Part shown: positions 45,701 through 52,672 of the stretch, in pieces
Position numbering within the stretch: position 1 is the stretch's first letter
Layout: each line of letters begins with the position of its first letter
Virus record (IMG/VR): IMGVR_UViG_3300043179_000057
Span: 1,601-65,600 of that record
DNA: 64,000 nt
Strand: one strand, 5' to 3'
DNA from: a virus
Made by a program: the position numbers and the translations under genes
The notes under the pieces: generated by a model
What the model was told of the DNA's origin: nothing
The model's input: only the letters and a program-made list of their open reading frames with translations
Databases searched by the model: none

Positions 45701-46601
45701 AGACGACGTTGAGGACGATGCTCTGGATGGCCAGGGGGGTGCCCTTGATCCTCTCGGCGCGGGCGGCGCGGATGCGCTCCCGGTAGTCGTCGTCCTCCTC
45801 GGTGTCGAGGCCGTTGCTGAACGGGCTCGGGTTGGACACCGTGGCGCCGTCGAACGGGGCCGCGGCGAACTCGGTGATGGCGCCCGCGGGCGCGTTCCCG
45901 ACCGCCCCCGGCTTCTGGCAGACCACCTGGACGCCGCTGATCGAGACCTCCCCGTCCGGGATGGCCTCCCGGAACAGGACCCGGTAGGACACCGGGTCGG
46001 ACAGGCCGCTGCGCGGGGTCTGCACGATCTGGCCGGCCTCGATCGGGCGCTCTCCGCCCTGGGCCAGGACCACCGACTCGCCGAGGTTGTGGAACTTCAG
46101 GGTCGGGGAGGAGAGGGTGAGGGTCCAGAAGGTGCCGTTGTCGGCCTTGGCCGAGTAGGCGATCGGCCCCTCGTAGTCCAGGGTGCCGCGCCCGATGTAG
46201 ACCTGGCCCGAGGTCGGGAAGTCCTCGGCGTCGTCCACGTTGACCGAGGTCGATCCCGCGATGGGGGCGGCGGTGCCGTGGTAGACCCGGCTGGATACCT
46301 TCTCGAAGGACGAGTCCCCGACGTCCACCGTCCCGGCCGCCGGAGACTGGCGCAGGCGGGGGACGCCCTCGGACTCGCCCCAGCGGTCGAGGGCCACCCC
46401 CTCGGCGTCGTCCAGGTTGCGGGCGTCGATGGCCTCGAAGACGTCCTCGCTGGAGCGGACGTCGCTCTGGGCGGCCGCCTCCAGGATGGACAGGATGGGC
46501 CCGCCGACCTTCAGGAGGGGGATGCCGTGGCGCGACGTGAAGACGTCGAGCATCTCCCCGAGGACCTGCGGGTACGAGCGGGGGACGGGGACCTCAGCCA
46601 T
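39789..46601 (-). CDS. Giant Baseplate J/gp6-like wedge protein with a Kelch propeller
   Basis: AEGVALDRWG, GAVGNAPAG, EEDDDYRERIRAAR; central Kelch repeats; C-terminal VRSAVASVVNQTGVG…SDVV…VQGV. Confidence 0.85.
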   Translation of the reverse strand: MAEVPVPRSYPQVLGEMLDVFTSRHGIPLLKVGGPILSILEAAAQSDVRSSEDVFEAIDARNLDDAEGVALDRWGESEGVPRLRQSPAAGTVDVGDSSFEKVSSRVYHGTAAPIAGSTSVNVDDAEDFPTSGQVYIGRGTLDYEGPIAYSAKADNGTFWTLTLSSPTLKFHNLGESVVLAQGGERPIEAGQIVQTPRSGLSDPVSYRVLFREAIPDGEVSISGVQVVCQKPGAVGNAPAGAITEFAAAPFDGATVSNPSPFSNGLDTEEDDDYRERIRAARAERIKGTPLAIQSIVLNVVSPDEGRRVTSASFVRGVGVNPSLLVVDDGTGYEERAAGIALEQVIDNASGGEEKVAVKSFPVAKALLVSQSEAPYTIRDASVLSVEVGGTVYRHTFADSDFLSPDAATAYEVVASINANQLLGFGARTLDGGQRVVVFGRGETGEDVEVVATEDAADANEVLAFPAGAVPTMRLYRNDRLLSKDGRLARLASHPHSGWNTMAGSQTLDIAVDGTPAMSITFTDSDFVNAGTGFVALGRNTPAAWVAVINIKVPGVTASTDGTRIYITSNRSLSDGASVEVTGGTLVDNRAFPVDLVEGVANDYVLDRSVGQINLSSPLTSGDRLSVGTRSDRAFLESGEIAPVTLADDGALWAVPDGSSSLVETGLGASASLTLNPALVVHDWGYRANIDVGGGIFGNIRPGDWLVLWDDAWPTTFRGAYRTEASTPDWVQVARRSTSGVRAGHAMSVLVPTGVATSKVLVTGGWIAPTSDISVPIGPTSSCTLYDHATKLWTAAAPMSVARAYHTATTLDDGRVLVVGGVDADGNSLASAEIYTPGTDTWAAATAYQVAVAYHSATKLADGRVLVAGGLDGSTYRTESAVFNPVGDTWSANVAMSVARAKHGACLLPSGKVFAAGGETTGGSSTATTETFDPAGPSWAVTDPMPSARKAFGLSTVGVAPTTVVAVGDDRAGANTGTYSVYTIAGDSWGADIALPGTAPAFENKTVVKTQNGNVLALHGREDATVGQSLSWDGATWTVIANASVSNAFSVDEVAMGVLYDLPATVLNQVITMGGINPLRRWPTASALHYDGDGDFWYPTDPVPSGSLTLPDTGFDVGRTTRYLQKLVIPAAVSYTATSFASVLDEAAVGMTASTYRTHRLRLATNSHDEDRDVAVFAADLPAQEAGLEREVRANTTGHVGSVETASEGVGTPDFKLRRILEEVPSVDAAAVEAVRVNMTDPDGSVVVDPDLDVGYDRLLVVARNHWDGRPTDSSTIFHRYGRSAGFFSTLADVVYEGDVALLSVREAPHGGLLPYDRVYMAAPYAVGPEDDLIVVADEDVETKRFAANMFRRLTAVGAIYSSQMAFTDADNGNASLAAAFGLGFDFNDFVLYMKARGKAFTSDSSRSMMFRYYLHGASGERARVRVNYPDAPDSEVECVVENQTGTDYSNVHIQMKGGPRRTTSSVRSSARVGVAATASTNDVVDILLVLGMPVANASRDGADETTLTLTLPPSVTDCGFTIGDTLFLESASPNWTSGTFNVSFVGAPGGPTQDIKFTNIALGTGVVAADPNIGTVSFDPQGEATLQGSSIAVGDFVRVEFESSLPEPYKSYTHRVYGFGDQYIEAKSGPTAIQTNITWHTLNSADYFKLFENPADDANTFVADVNALAAAEDSTCPVTAVALGSGLGTIDTSLVEFETDDSAWAYLVDGVNWVSRTVNPVLITDDYEFVLKRPIDATLATDSDLANEDFRVCPITVANVVDWLNSPAVSGLFTACEVVESDGGRRVQVSTQTLGSIGSVQVQGGLANSASAIVHGTAEEALTIDECFATVRRADVSGLLASPWVEAANSLPAHKLGIFTSSTVLNSWDADGYMELSTPVYTEMFNQDNVRLHWERQGRYMVVSDPAGLNGDGAMQVMTFSEGDYVRFTVPTAPTPFDDLSEHVAASANQGIYRVVRVIRYGEGAGVGGAVWIENELGVEETAECRIYGYSYDSVMPGDVVSVSTDLWGGSANRGDWVVEAVGVDAGVPDPQFVSSTKLKVSVASRRPTPVGSPTAALGADSQKVLVVEGAPSTLLKRVVAAIPDQNDGAFATVRMSSGRLSRLISESLGTVLSPVDKLGFPTDVVPGVDGYKASVGLVGESNRVAYGDPADPATYPGVVAAGAKVIVQGPVVKRVQVSLQIRTLSGFALPDVATRVRSAVASVVNQTGVGRSIALSDVVRSAAAVQGVSAVAVLSPQYNSGNDSIPVSANEKLLVLDLDRDVLVSFTTE

Positions 46602-46626
46602 GCCTCTTGCCTACCTACCGGCGGTG

Positions 46627-46634
46627 AAGATTGC
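46627..46634 (-). promoter_or_regulatory. Putative late promoter GCAATCTT
   Basis: Intergenic; 25 nt before the start. Confidence 0.55.
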
Positions 46635-46660
46635 CGCCATCTCCTGGTAGAAGCAACGCG

Positions 46661-49258
46661 TTATCGCAGCAGATCGACGCTCAGCGGGAGGGTGATGTCT
46701 GCCCCCGTGACCTCCACCGCCACGGTCAGCTTGGCGGCCGGGCCCTGCTTCAGCAGCCGCACCTCCCGCACCGTCTGGAAGCCGGGGTCCACGGCCAGGG
46801 TGGACCGCACCGCCCGGGCGACGTCCCGGGCCGAGACGTCCGCCGTGCTGTCGCCCGGGCGCAGGGGCATCCCCACCTCGGGGTGCCTCAAGAGCCCCCC
46901 CTGCTGGATACCGACCAGGATGCGGAACTGCTGCACCAGGTTGGTCATGCCGACCGCCCAGCGCCCGTCCCCGTCCGAGGTCACGACCAGGTCGTTCTTC
47001 GGGGTGAGCAGGAGGTCCACCCCGCCTACCGCGGTCATGGAGTCGAACTGGACCGCGTCCGGGATGCCCTGGACCTTGAAGCCCCCGTCCGGCTCGTCGC
47101 TGGAGGGGATGAATACCAGCATCTGGCTGTTGACGGTGCCCGGCAGGAATGCCTGGAGGCGGGCGTTGGCCAGGGTGCTGTACTGCCCCAGGTCGGCCTC
47201 GCCGTCCAGCGTCAGGACCATCTGCTGCGGGCCGGTGCGGTCCACCGCCTCGACCCGGCGCTTGGTGCGCGTGGCGGCGTCGCTCTCCACCCACACCGTC
47301 TGCCCGACGTGGATGCGGATGTCGTGCTCGACCACCACCTGGTTGCCGCTACCCGGGGCCAGGAGGACGAGGACGAAGCCCTCCTCGTCGATGTAGGGGG
47401 AGCGCAGGTTGTTGAGGGCCGCGATCTCGTTCCAGCGGTCCGGATCCCCGAGGTAGTCCAGGGCCAGCCGCTCCAGGGTGTGTCCGAACGGGAAGGGGAC
47501 GGCGAACTTCGACCTGGGCACCGTGAAGGGTATCCCGGCCGCGGCGGCCAGGGAGGCCATCTGCTCCAGGCCCGCCAGGCGGCTCTCCTCCGCCGCGTCC
47601 CTGCCGAAGGCGGACATGCCGGCGACGGCCAGGGCCGCCTTGTTGAGGGCGAAGATGGTGCGGAAGTCCCCGAGCGGGACGCTCCTGGTCGGGCGGGCGT
47701 CGGGCAGACCCATGGTGCGGTTGAAGGTGGCGCTGCCGGCCCCGACCGCGTCCGCGAACAGGGTGGCGGTGGCCAGGATGAGCTGGCGGATAGCCTCGAA
47801 GTCGGCCCTGGTCAGGGCGGCCACCCGGCGTCGCTCCGCCACGATGGCGTCCTGGGTGCGCTTGGGGACCTTGACGCGGTTGACCTCGACCACCGACAGG
47901 AACTCGGAGTGGTCCGAGGGGTTGCTGAAGACGTCGAAGCCCGGGCGCTCCTGAGCCTTCCTCACCGCCCCAGGGACCGCCGCGAGGGGGGCCCGGGACG
48001 GGGCCGTGGGGGCCTGCCCGGTGGGCCGGCTGGAGATGCCGGTCGAGGACGTGCGCCGGTCGATCTGCTCGCTTACCAGGAGCTTGAGGTGCTCCAGGTC
48101 CTCCTTCGCCTTGTTGTTGCGGGCCTGCACCAGCTTGCCGAAGTCGCCCACGTCCTGCTTGAGGGAGATGGCCTCGATGACGGGGCCCCCCAGGTCCTGG
48201 ATGATGGCGCTCGGGAGGTCGAACAGGGTGAGCGGGACCCCGAGGGCGTCCTTGAGCAGCAGGACGACCTCGCGGAGGCCCTCCAGCATGACCCCGACGT
48301 CCCCGCCGACCGCCTTGATGGTGCTCTTGGCGTCCTGCAGCACGCGCCGCGCGTCGTTGACGTCGTTCAGGATCTTGGCCATGGTGCTCGGGTCCTGGCG
48401 GGTGGGCGTCCGGGGGTCCCGGAGGGGGGAGGACTTGCTCGGCTCGATCCGCCGCCAGGCCCTGAGCGTGAGCCGGTAGGGGTACTCGTAGGGGGACGTC
48501 GCGGAGCGGTTGAGGTCGAAGGTCACCGGCGTCACCAGGTAGACCGCCTCGTCCTTCCAGGTGGCGAACGCCAGGACCGCCCGGCGCCCGTCCGAGGTCT
48601 GCTTGAGGCGCGCGTAGTCCTCCAGGAACCTGGTCAGGAGACGGAACTGGTAGTACCCGGTGTTGACGTGGAAGGCCGCGACCTCCTCCTCGGTCATCAC
48701 GCTGGGGGAGTTCTTGTCCTCCCCGAGGACGTCGGCCTTGAGGTCCTGGGCCGCCTGGAAGGTCCTCCTGGCGGCGGCGGCCGTGCCGGCGAACACGGAG
48801 CCGAGCTGGTCGGACAGGGACAGGGAGTTGAAGGCGCGCCTCTGGGCGGCGGCGGGGCGGTCCGTCATGACCCCGGTCGTCCCCGCGATCTGGATGACGC
48901 GGATAGGCGCACCGGCGTGCTCCTCTACTATGCCGCCCAGCGTCACGTTGGTCGAGGACGCGAACGGCATCGAGATGGTCATGGCCTCGGGGGCCACGGG
49001 CAGGGTGAACTTCCAGTCCCTCATGGGGACGTAGGAGCCGTTCTCGCGGCGCATCACCAGGAGCTGGTAGGGGAACTTCTGGTCCCACCGCGCCCCGTCG
49101 ATGGTCGCCGGGTGGTGCCAGAACTCGTCCTTCTGCTCCCTCCCGGGGTCCCCGTCCACGTTCTGGTTGTTGACCAGGTCGGACAGGGTCTCCGTCTCGG
49201 AGCCGTCGTCCCGCGCCTTCGCCTCGGCGGCGAGCTGCATGATGGGAGTTAGGGCCAT
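46661..49258 (-). CDS. Multidomain baseplate protein (tube-initiator-like, LysM-like, gp25-like)
   Basis: TLPVAPEAMTI…VTLGG; TLERLALDYLGDPDRWNEIAALNNL; NLVQQFRILV…GGLLRHPEVG…DPGFQTV. Confidence 0.7.
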   Translation of the reverse strand: MALTPIMQLAAEAKARDDGSETETLSDLVNNQNVDGDPGREQKDEFWHHPATIDGARWDQKFPYQLLVMRRENGSYVPMRDWKFTLPVAPEAMTISMPFASSTNVTLGGIVEEHAGAPIRVIQIAGTTGVMTDRPAAAQRRAFNSLSLSDQLGSVFAGTAAAARRTFQAAQDLKADVLGEDKNSPSVMTEEEVAAFHVNTGYYQFRLLTRFLEDYARLKQTSDGRRAVLAFATWKDEAVYLVTPVTFDLNRSATSPYEYPYRLTLRAWRRIEPSKSSPLRDPRTPTRQDPSTMAKILNDVNDARRVLQDAKSTIKAVGGDVGVMLEGLREVVLLLKDALGVPLTLFDLPSAIIQDLGGPVIEAISLKQDVGDFGKLVQARNNKAKEDLEHLKLLVSEQIDRRTSSTGISSRPTGQAPTAPSRAPLAAVPGAVRKAQERPGFDVFSNPSDHSEFLSVVEVNRVKVPKRTQDAIVAERRRVAALTRADFEAIRQLILATATLFADAVGAGSATFNRTMGLPDARPTRSVPLGDFRTIFALNKAALAVAGMSAFGRDAAEESRLAGLEQMASLAAAAGIPFTVPRSKFAVPFPFGHTLERLALDYLGDPDRWNEIAALNNLRSPYIDEEGFVLVLLAPGSGNQVVVEHDIRIHVGQTVWVESDAATRTKRRVEAVDRTGPQQMVLTLDGEADLGQYSTLANARLQAFLPGTVNSQMLVFIPSSDEPDGGFKVQGIPDAVQFDSMTAVGGVDLLLTPKNDLVVTSDGDGRWAVGMTNLVQQFRILVGIQQGGLLRHPEVGMPLRPGDSTADVSARDVARAVRSTLAVDPGFQTVREVRLLKQGPAAKLTVAVEVTGADITLPLSVDLLR

Positions 49259-49263
49259 CGCTC

Positions 49264-49272
49264 TAAGATTGC
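49264..49272 (-). promoter_or_regulatory. Putative late promoter GCAATCTTA
   Basis: Intergenic; a few nt before ATG 49258. Confidence 0.55.
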
Positions 49273-49273
49273 C

Positions 49274-49777
49274 CTAGAATATCGGGGACACGCACGGGGT
49301 CGGAACTATGGGATGTGTGACCACTACCGTCAGGGTGAAGGCGTGCAGGGCCGAGGCGATCGACGACGAGGCGGCGTCGGCTCGGGCCCGGGTGGCGAGG
49401 TTGCTCGACCAGGCCGACAGCAGGGCGGGGCCGAGGGCGGCCGTGCCCCCTACTACCGTGACGACCCCCGGGAACGGGTGGGGGGCGAAGACCACCGGGG
49501 GCGCGATCCAGAAGGCGGTGAAGGCGCTCGCGAAGGCGCTCGCGGCCGCGTTCGGGGTGGGGGAGCGGGCCGCGAACACCCCCGTGAGGACCCCCTTCAG
49601 GGCGGCCTGGGCCGCCGCCAGGGACGCGGGCGAGACCCCGCCGCACGAGGTGGCCGAGGCGGCGTACGAGGCGTACGCGGCGCTCCACCGGTCGGCCGCC
49701 TCGGCCGAGTTCCTAGGGAAGGGGGCGGCCATGATGGCCTGGATGCCGCTCTTCAGCGTCGCCTGGGACAGCGCCAC
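49274..49777 (-). CDS. Spike-associated hypothetical protein
   Basis: 167 aa, Ala-rich; directly downstream of the spike gene. Confidence 0.6.
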   Translation of the reverse strand: MALSQATLKSGIQAIMAAPFPRNSAEAADRWSAAYASYAASATSCGGVSPASLAAAQAALKGVLTGVFAARSPTPNAAASAFASAFTAFWIAPPVVFAPHPFPGVVTVVGGTAALGPALLSAWSSNLATRARADAASSSIASALHAFTLTVVVTHPIVPTPCVSPIF

Positions 49778-49780
49778 GGC

Positions 49781-50821
49781 CTACCCCTTCGACTTCTGGA
49801 CGTACCCCAGCTCGCTCAGGGCGGTCTTGAGCTTCGCCCGGACCGCCATGAAGGCCGGGGCGTTCACCGGGGGCGAGGAGCTTCCCACCGCCGTGATGAC
49901 GGTCAGTTGCGCGCAGGCGTCGATCAGCTCCTCCATCAGGGACACCAGCGTGTCGCCCAGCACCATCTTCTCTTTGGCGCCGGCCCCCACCTTGACCTGG
50001 CCCCCGGGGGCGCTCAGCGTCACGTTCTTCTTGGCGGCCTTGACCAGGACGCCGTCCTCGGCCGCCTCTACGGTCACCCCCTTGGCGGTGACGGTGGCGC
50101 CCCCGACCACGGTCACGTTCAGGGCCTTGTCGGCGTCCAGGGAGACCTGGCGGTTGTGGTGGTCGAGCACCAGCCTCTGGAGTGGGCGTTCGTCGTTCTC
50201 GTCCTTCGCCTCGAAGGTGCCGATGGCGATGCCGCCGTTGGCGCCGAAGCGGATGAAGGCGCCGACGGCGTCGGGCTTGACCTTATTTTCATCCAGCTTG
50301 CCGTCGGCGTCGGTCGGACCCTTACGCAGCACCTTCAGGGCGCCGCTGTCGTCGATCTCGACGTTGAGCCCGTTGAACTCCAGCTCCAGGAAGTGTCCGC
50401 GCTCCTTGGCGGCCCCCTTCGCCTCGGATTCGTCCCTCTGGTCGCGGATGCCCCCCAGGATGACCGGGTTGGCCCTCTCTCCGTTGATGCAGAGCAACAG
50501 GACCTTCGAGCCCTTCGCCGGCCGGCCCTTCTGGCCCGCCTGCTGGTCCCCCCGCAGCGTCCACGTGGCGCGGTCCACGAACCCGCCGAGGGGGTTCCAC
50601 AGGCAGCAGCCGACGTACTCCTTGGTGACCGCCGTCTTGTTGGCTCGGTGCCGCACCAGAACGCGGTACTCGATGAACCGCTTGGTCTGGCTGCGGGGGT
50701 CCTCGGGGTAGACCAGCTCCAGGACCTCGCCCACGCGCAGCGAGACGTCCCCGAAGGCGCCGCCGTCGTCTGTCGGCTCTCCGCCCACCTGGCGGATGTT
50801 GAAGAACGAGGGTACGATCAC
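49781..50821 (-). CDS. Baseplate central spike (gp5/gpV-like)
   Basis: N-terminal OB-like region (GEVLE…GSKVLLLCINGERANPVILGGI); beta-strand repeats; LVSLMEELIDAC…TAVG. Confidence 0.72.
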   Translation of the reverse strand: MIVPSFFNIRQVGGEPTDDGGAFGDVSLRVGEVLELVYPEDPRSQTKRFIEYRVLVRHRANKTAVTKEYVGCCLWNPLGGFVDRATWTLRGDQQAGQKGRPAKGSKVLLLCINGERANPVILGGIRDQRDESEAKGAAKERGHFLELEFNGLNVEIDDSGALKVLRKGPTDADGKLDENKVKPDAVGAFIRFGANGGIAIGTFEAKDENDERPLQRLVLDHHNRQVSLDADKALNVTVVGGATVTAKGVTVEAAEDGVLVKAAKKNVTLSAPGGQVKVGAGAKEKMVLGDTLVSLMEELIDACAQLTVITAVGSSSPPVNAPAFMAVRAKLKTALSELGYVQKSKG

Positions 50822-52671
50822 TACTCAGACTCCTCGCGCTTGCGCTCGTTCTCACGGCGGCGATGGGCCGCCCTCTCGTCGGACGAGATTCCGGGGTCGG
50901 CGGCGCCGGTCGAGTCGCGTCCGCTGACCACGTTCGGGTACACCGGGGCCATCTTGGACGAGATGGGCTCCAGGCCGTTGGACAGGTCGATCACGGTGCG
51001 CCAGCGGCGCTTGCCCGAGGCGATGTCCTGTACGCAGGTGTCGGTCAGGCCCTCGATGTGGTACACGACCCGGTCGAGCTGCAGGTTGTCGCCCTCCGAG
51101 ATGGGGGCCTGGATGCCGAAGGCCTCCACCCGTCCGTTGAGGGTCAGATGCGACCCCATCGACCAGTCGGCTATGAGGCGCATCCACTTGCCCGGCGTCC
51201 GGTCGTGGGTGTCGTCCACGGCGCAGTCCACCGTGGACATGTACGACCGCAGGCCGGAGCGCTGGATGTCGAGGTCGTCCCGGATCGGGGGGTGCTGCGC
51301 GATCTGGTTGGTTATGCTGTTGGAGAAGGCGTACTCCTTGCCGACCCCGTAAACGTGGACGAAGTTGATGCGCGTAGCGTCAGAGCGACCCAGGTCCTCC
51401 GACAGGACAAGCTGGGCGGGGAGCCGCCATCGGGGGAGGTTCAGGAACCTGGTGACGTGGCGGACCCCCTCCTGGTCGGTCTCGGCGTCCACGACGAAGG
51501 CGTCGGTGGTGAACGGGATCTGGCGCATCACCACCGTGGGGACGACGCTGCCCTCGGGGTTCACCCTCATGCACGAGAACAGCTCGTTGATGGACGGGTT
51601 CAGGTACTGCTGCAGAACCCCCCACAGCGGCTTGTTCACCAGGGTGGGGAAGAAGGGGTAGAAGGTCCCCAGCATGGGCGCCCTGGTGACGCGCCTCTGC
51701 GGCGTGCTCTTGTCGTTGTCCAGGTTGGAGGGCGCGAAGGCCGAGAGGTCGTTCTTCTTGTCGGCGTAGGTCTGGACGCCCTGCTGGACCTCCAGGACCT
51801 CCGCGTACGACAGGTATCCTCGGCTGCTGTCCTTGCCCAGGAGGTCCCCCACCGCCCTGGGCACGAGGTAGGCGTTCGGGGCGCCCTTCTCGGTCCCGCC
51901 TCCGTGGACGGCGGCGATGCCCTGGGCCACCGCCGGGTTGGATGTCTCTCCGGACACCCCGGTCCCCACTATCAGGTCGATGATGCGCGGGATCATCTTG
52001 TTGACGTTTCCGTCGATCGGGTCCTTGCTCTTGGGGTCGAAGAAGGCGTCGGCGTCCACGCCGATGCGTGCGAGCCACTGCCCCACGTTCTGCTTCAGGA
52101 CATCCAGGGTACCGACTGCGAAGTCGTAGAATATCTGGGTGTCCAGCTCCGCCATGCCCATCCCCTGGAGGGTGTAGGTGAGGTGGCGCTGGCCGCTGTC
52201 AGCGTCCACCAGGAGCTGCTTGCGGATCTGGTGCACCCGCCCCACGAACTTGAGCCCGTCCTTCGCCCCGTTGCAGGGCTCGCCCTTGTTGATGCGGTCC
52301 AGCAGAGACAGGAAGTCCGCCTCGTTGTTCACCATCCACGCGAGCAGCCAGTCCCCGGGCTGGACCTCCTTGAGGTAGTCTATGCCGTCCGACCTCTTGA
52401 GGGCGGCGGACAGGTTCTTCACGTGGGAGCGCTTGTGCCTCTCGACCGTCAGGCTGATGCAGTCTGAGGCGATGACGAGGGTGTTCTTCGAGCCCTCGCG
52501 CGGACGCACGCCGTCCACCGGGTCCACCGAGAAGCTGGCCCCCTTGCTGCGGTCGAAGCTGATCGGCTCCCCGAGCCGGACCACGGCCAGCACCCAGTGC
52601 GGGCTGGACGAGACCGCCTCGCCCTCGCCCGCCCCGTAGTCGAGGAGGAGGTCGTAGGTGGGGGCCGCCAT
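50821..52671 (-). CDS. Baseplate hub (gp27-like)
   Basis: Lies between the tape measure and spike genes; TLNGRV…ISEGDNLQLDRVVYHIEG. Confidence 0.65.
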   Translation of the reverse strand: MAAPTYDLLLDYGAGEGEAVSSSPHWVLAVVRLGEPISFDRSKGASFSVDPVDGVRPREGSKNTLVIASDCISLTVERHKRSHVKNLSAALKRSDGIDYLKEVQPGDWLLAWMVNNEADFLSLLDRINKGEPCNGAKDGLKFVGRVHQIRKQLLVDADSGQRHLTYTLQGMGMAELDTQIFYDFAVGTLDVLKQNVGQWLARIGVDADAFFDPKSKDPIDGNVNKMIPRIIDLIVGTGVSGETSNPAVAQGIAAVHGGGTEKGAPNAYLVPRAVGDLLGKDSSRGYLSYAEVLEVQQGVQTYADKKNDLSAFAPSNLDNDKSTPQRRVTRAPMLGTFYPFFPTLVNKPLWGVLQQYLNPSINELFSCMRVNPEGSVVPTVVMRQIPFTTDAFVVDAETDQEGVRHVTRFLNLPRWRLPAQLVLSEDLGRSDATRINFVHVYGVGKEYAFSNSITNQIAQHPPIRDDLDIQRSGLRSYMSTVDCAVDDTHDRTPGKWMRLIADWSMGSHLTLNGRVEAFGIQAPISEGDNLQLDRVVYHIEGLTDTCVQDIASGKRRWRTVIDLSNGLEPISSKMAPVYPNVVSGRDSTGAADPGISSDERAAHRRRENERKREESE

Positions 52672-52672
52672 G

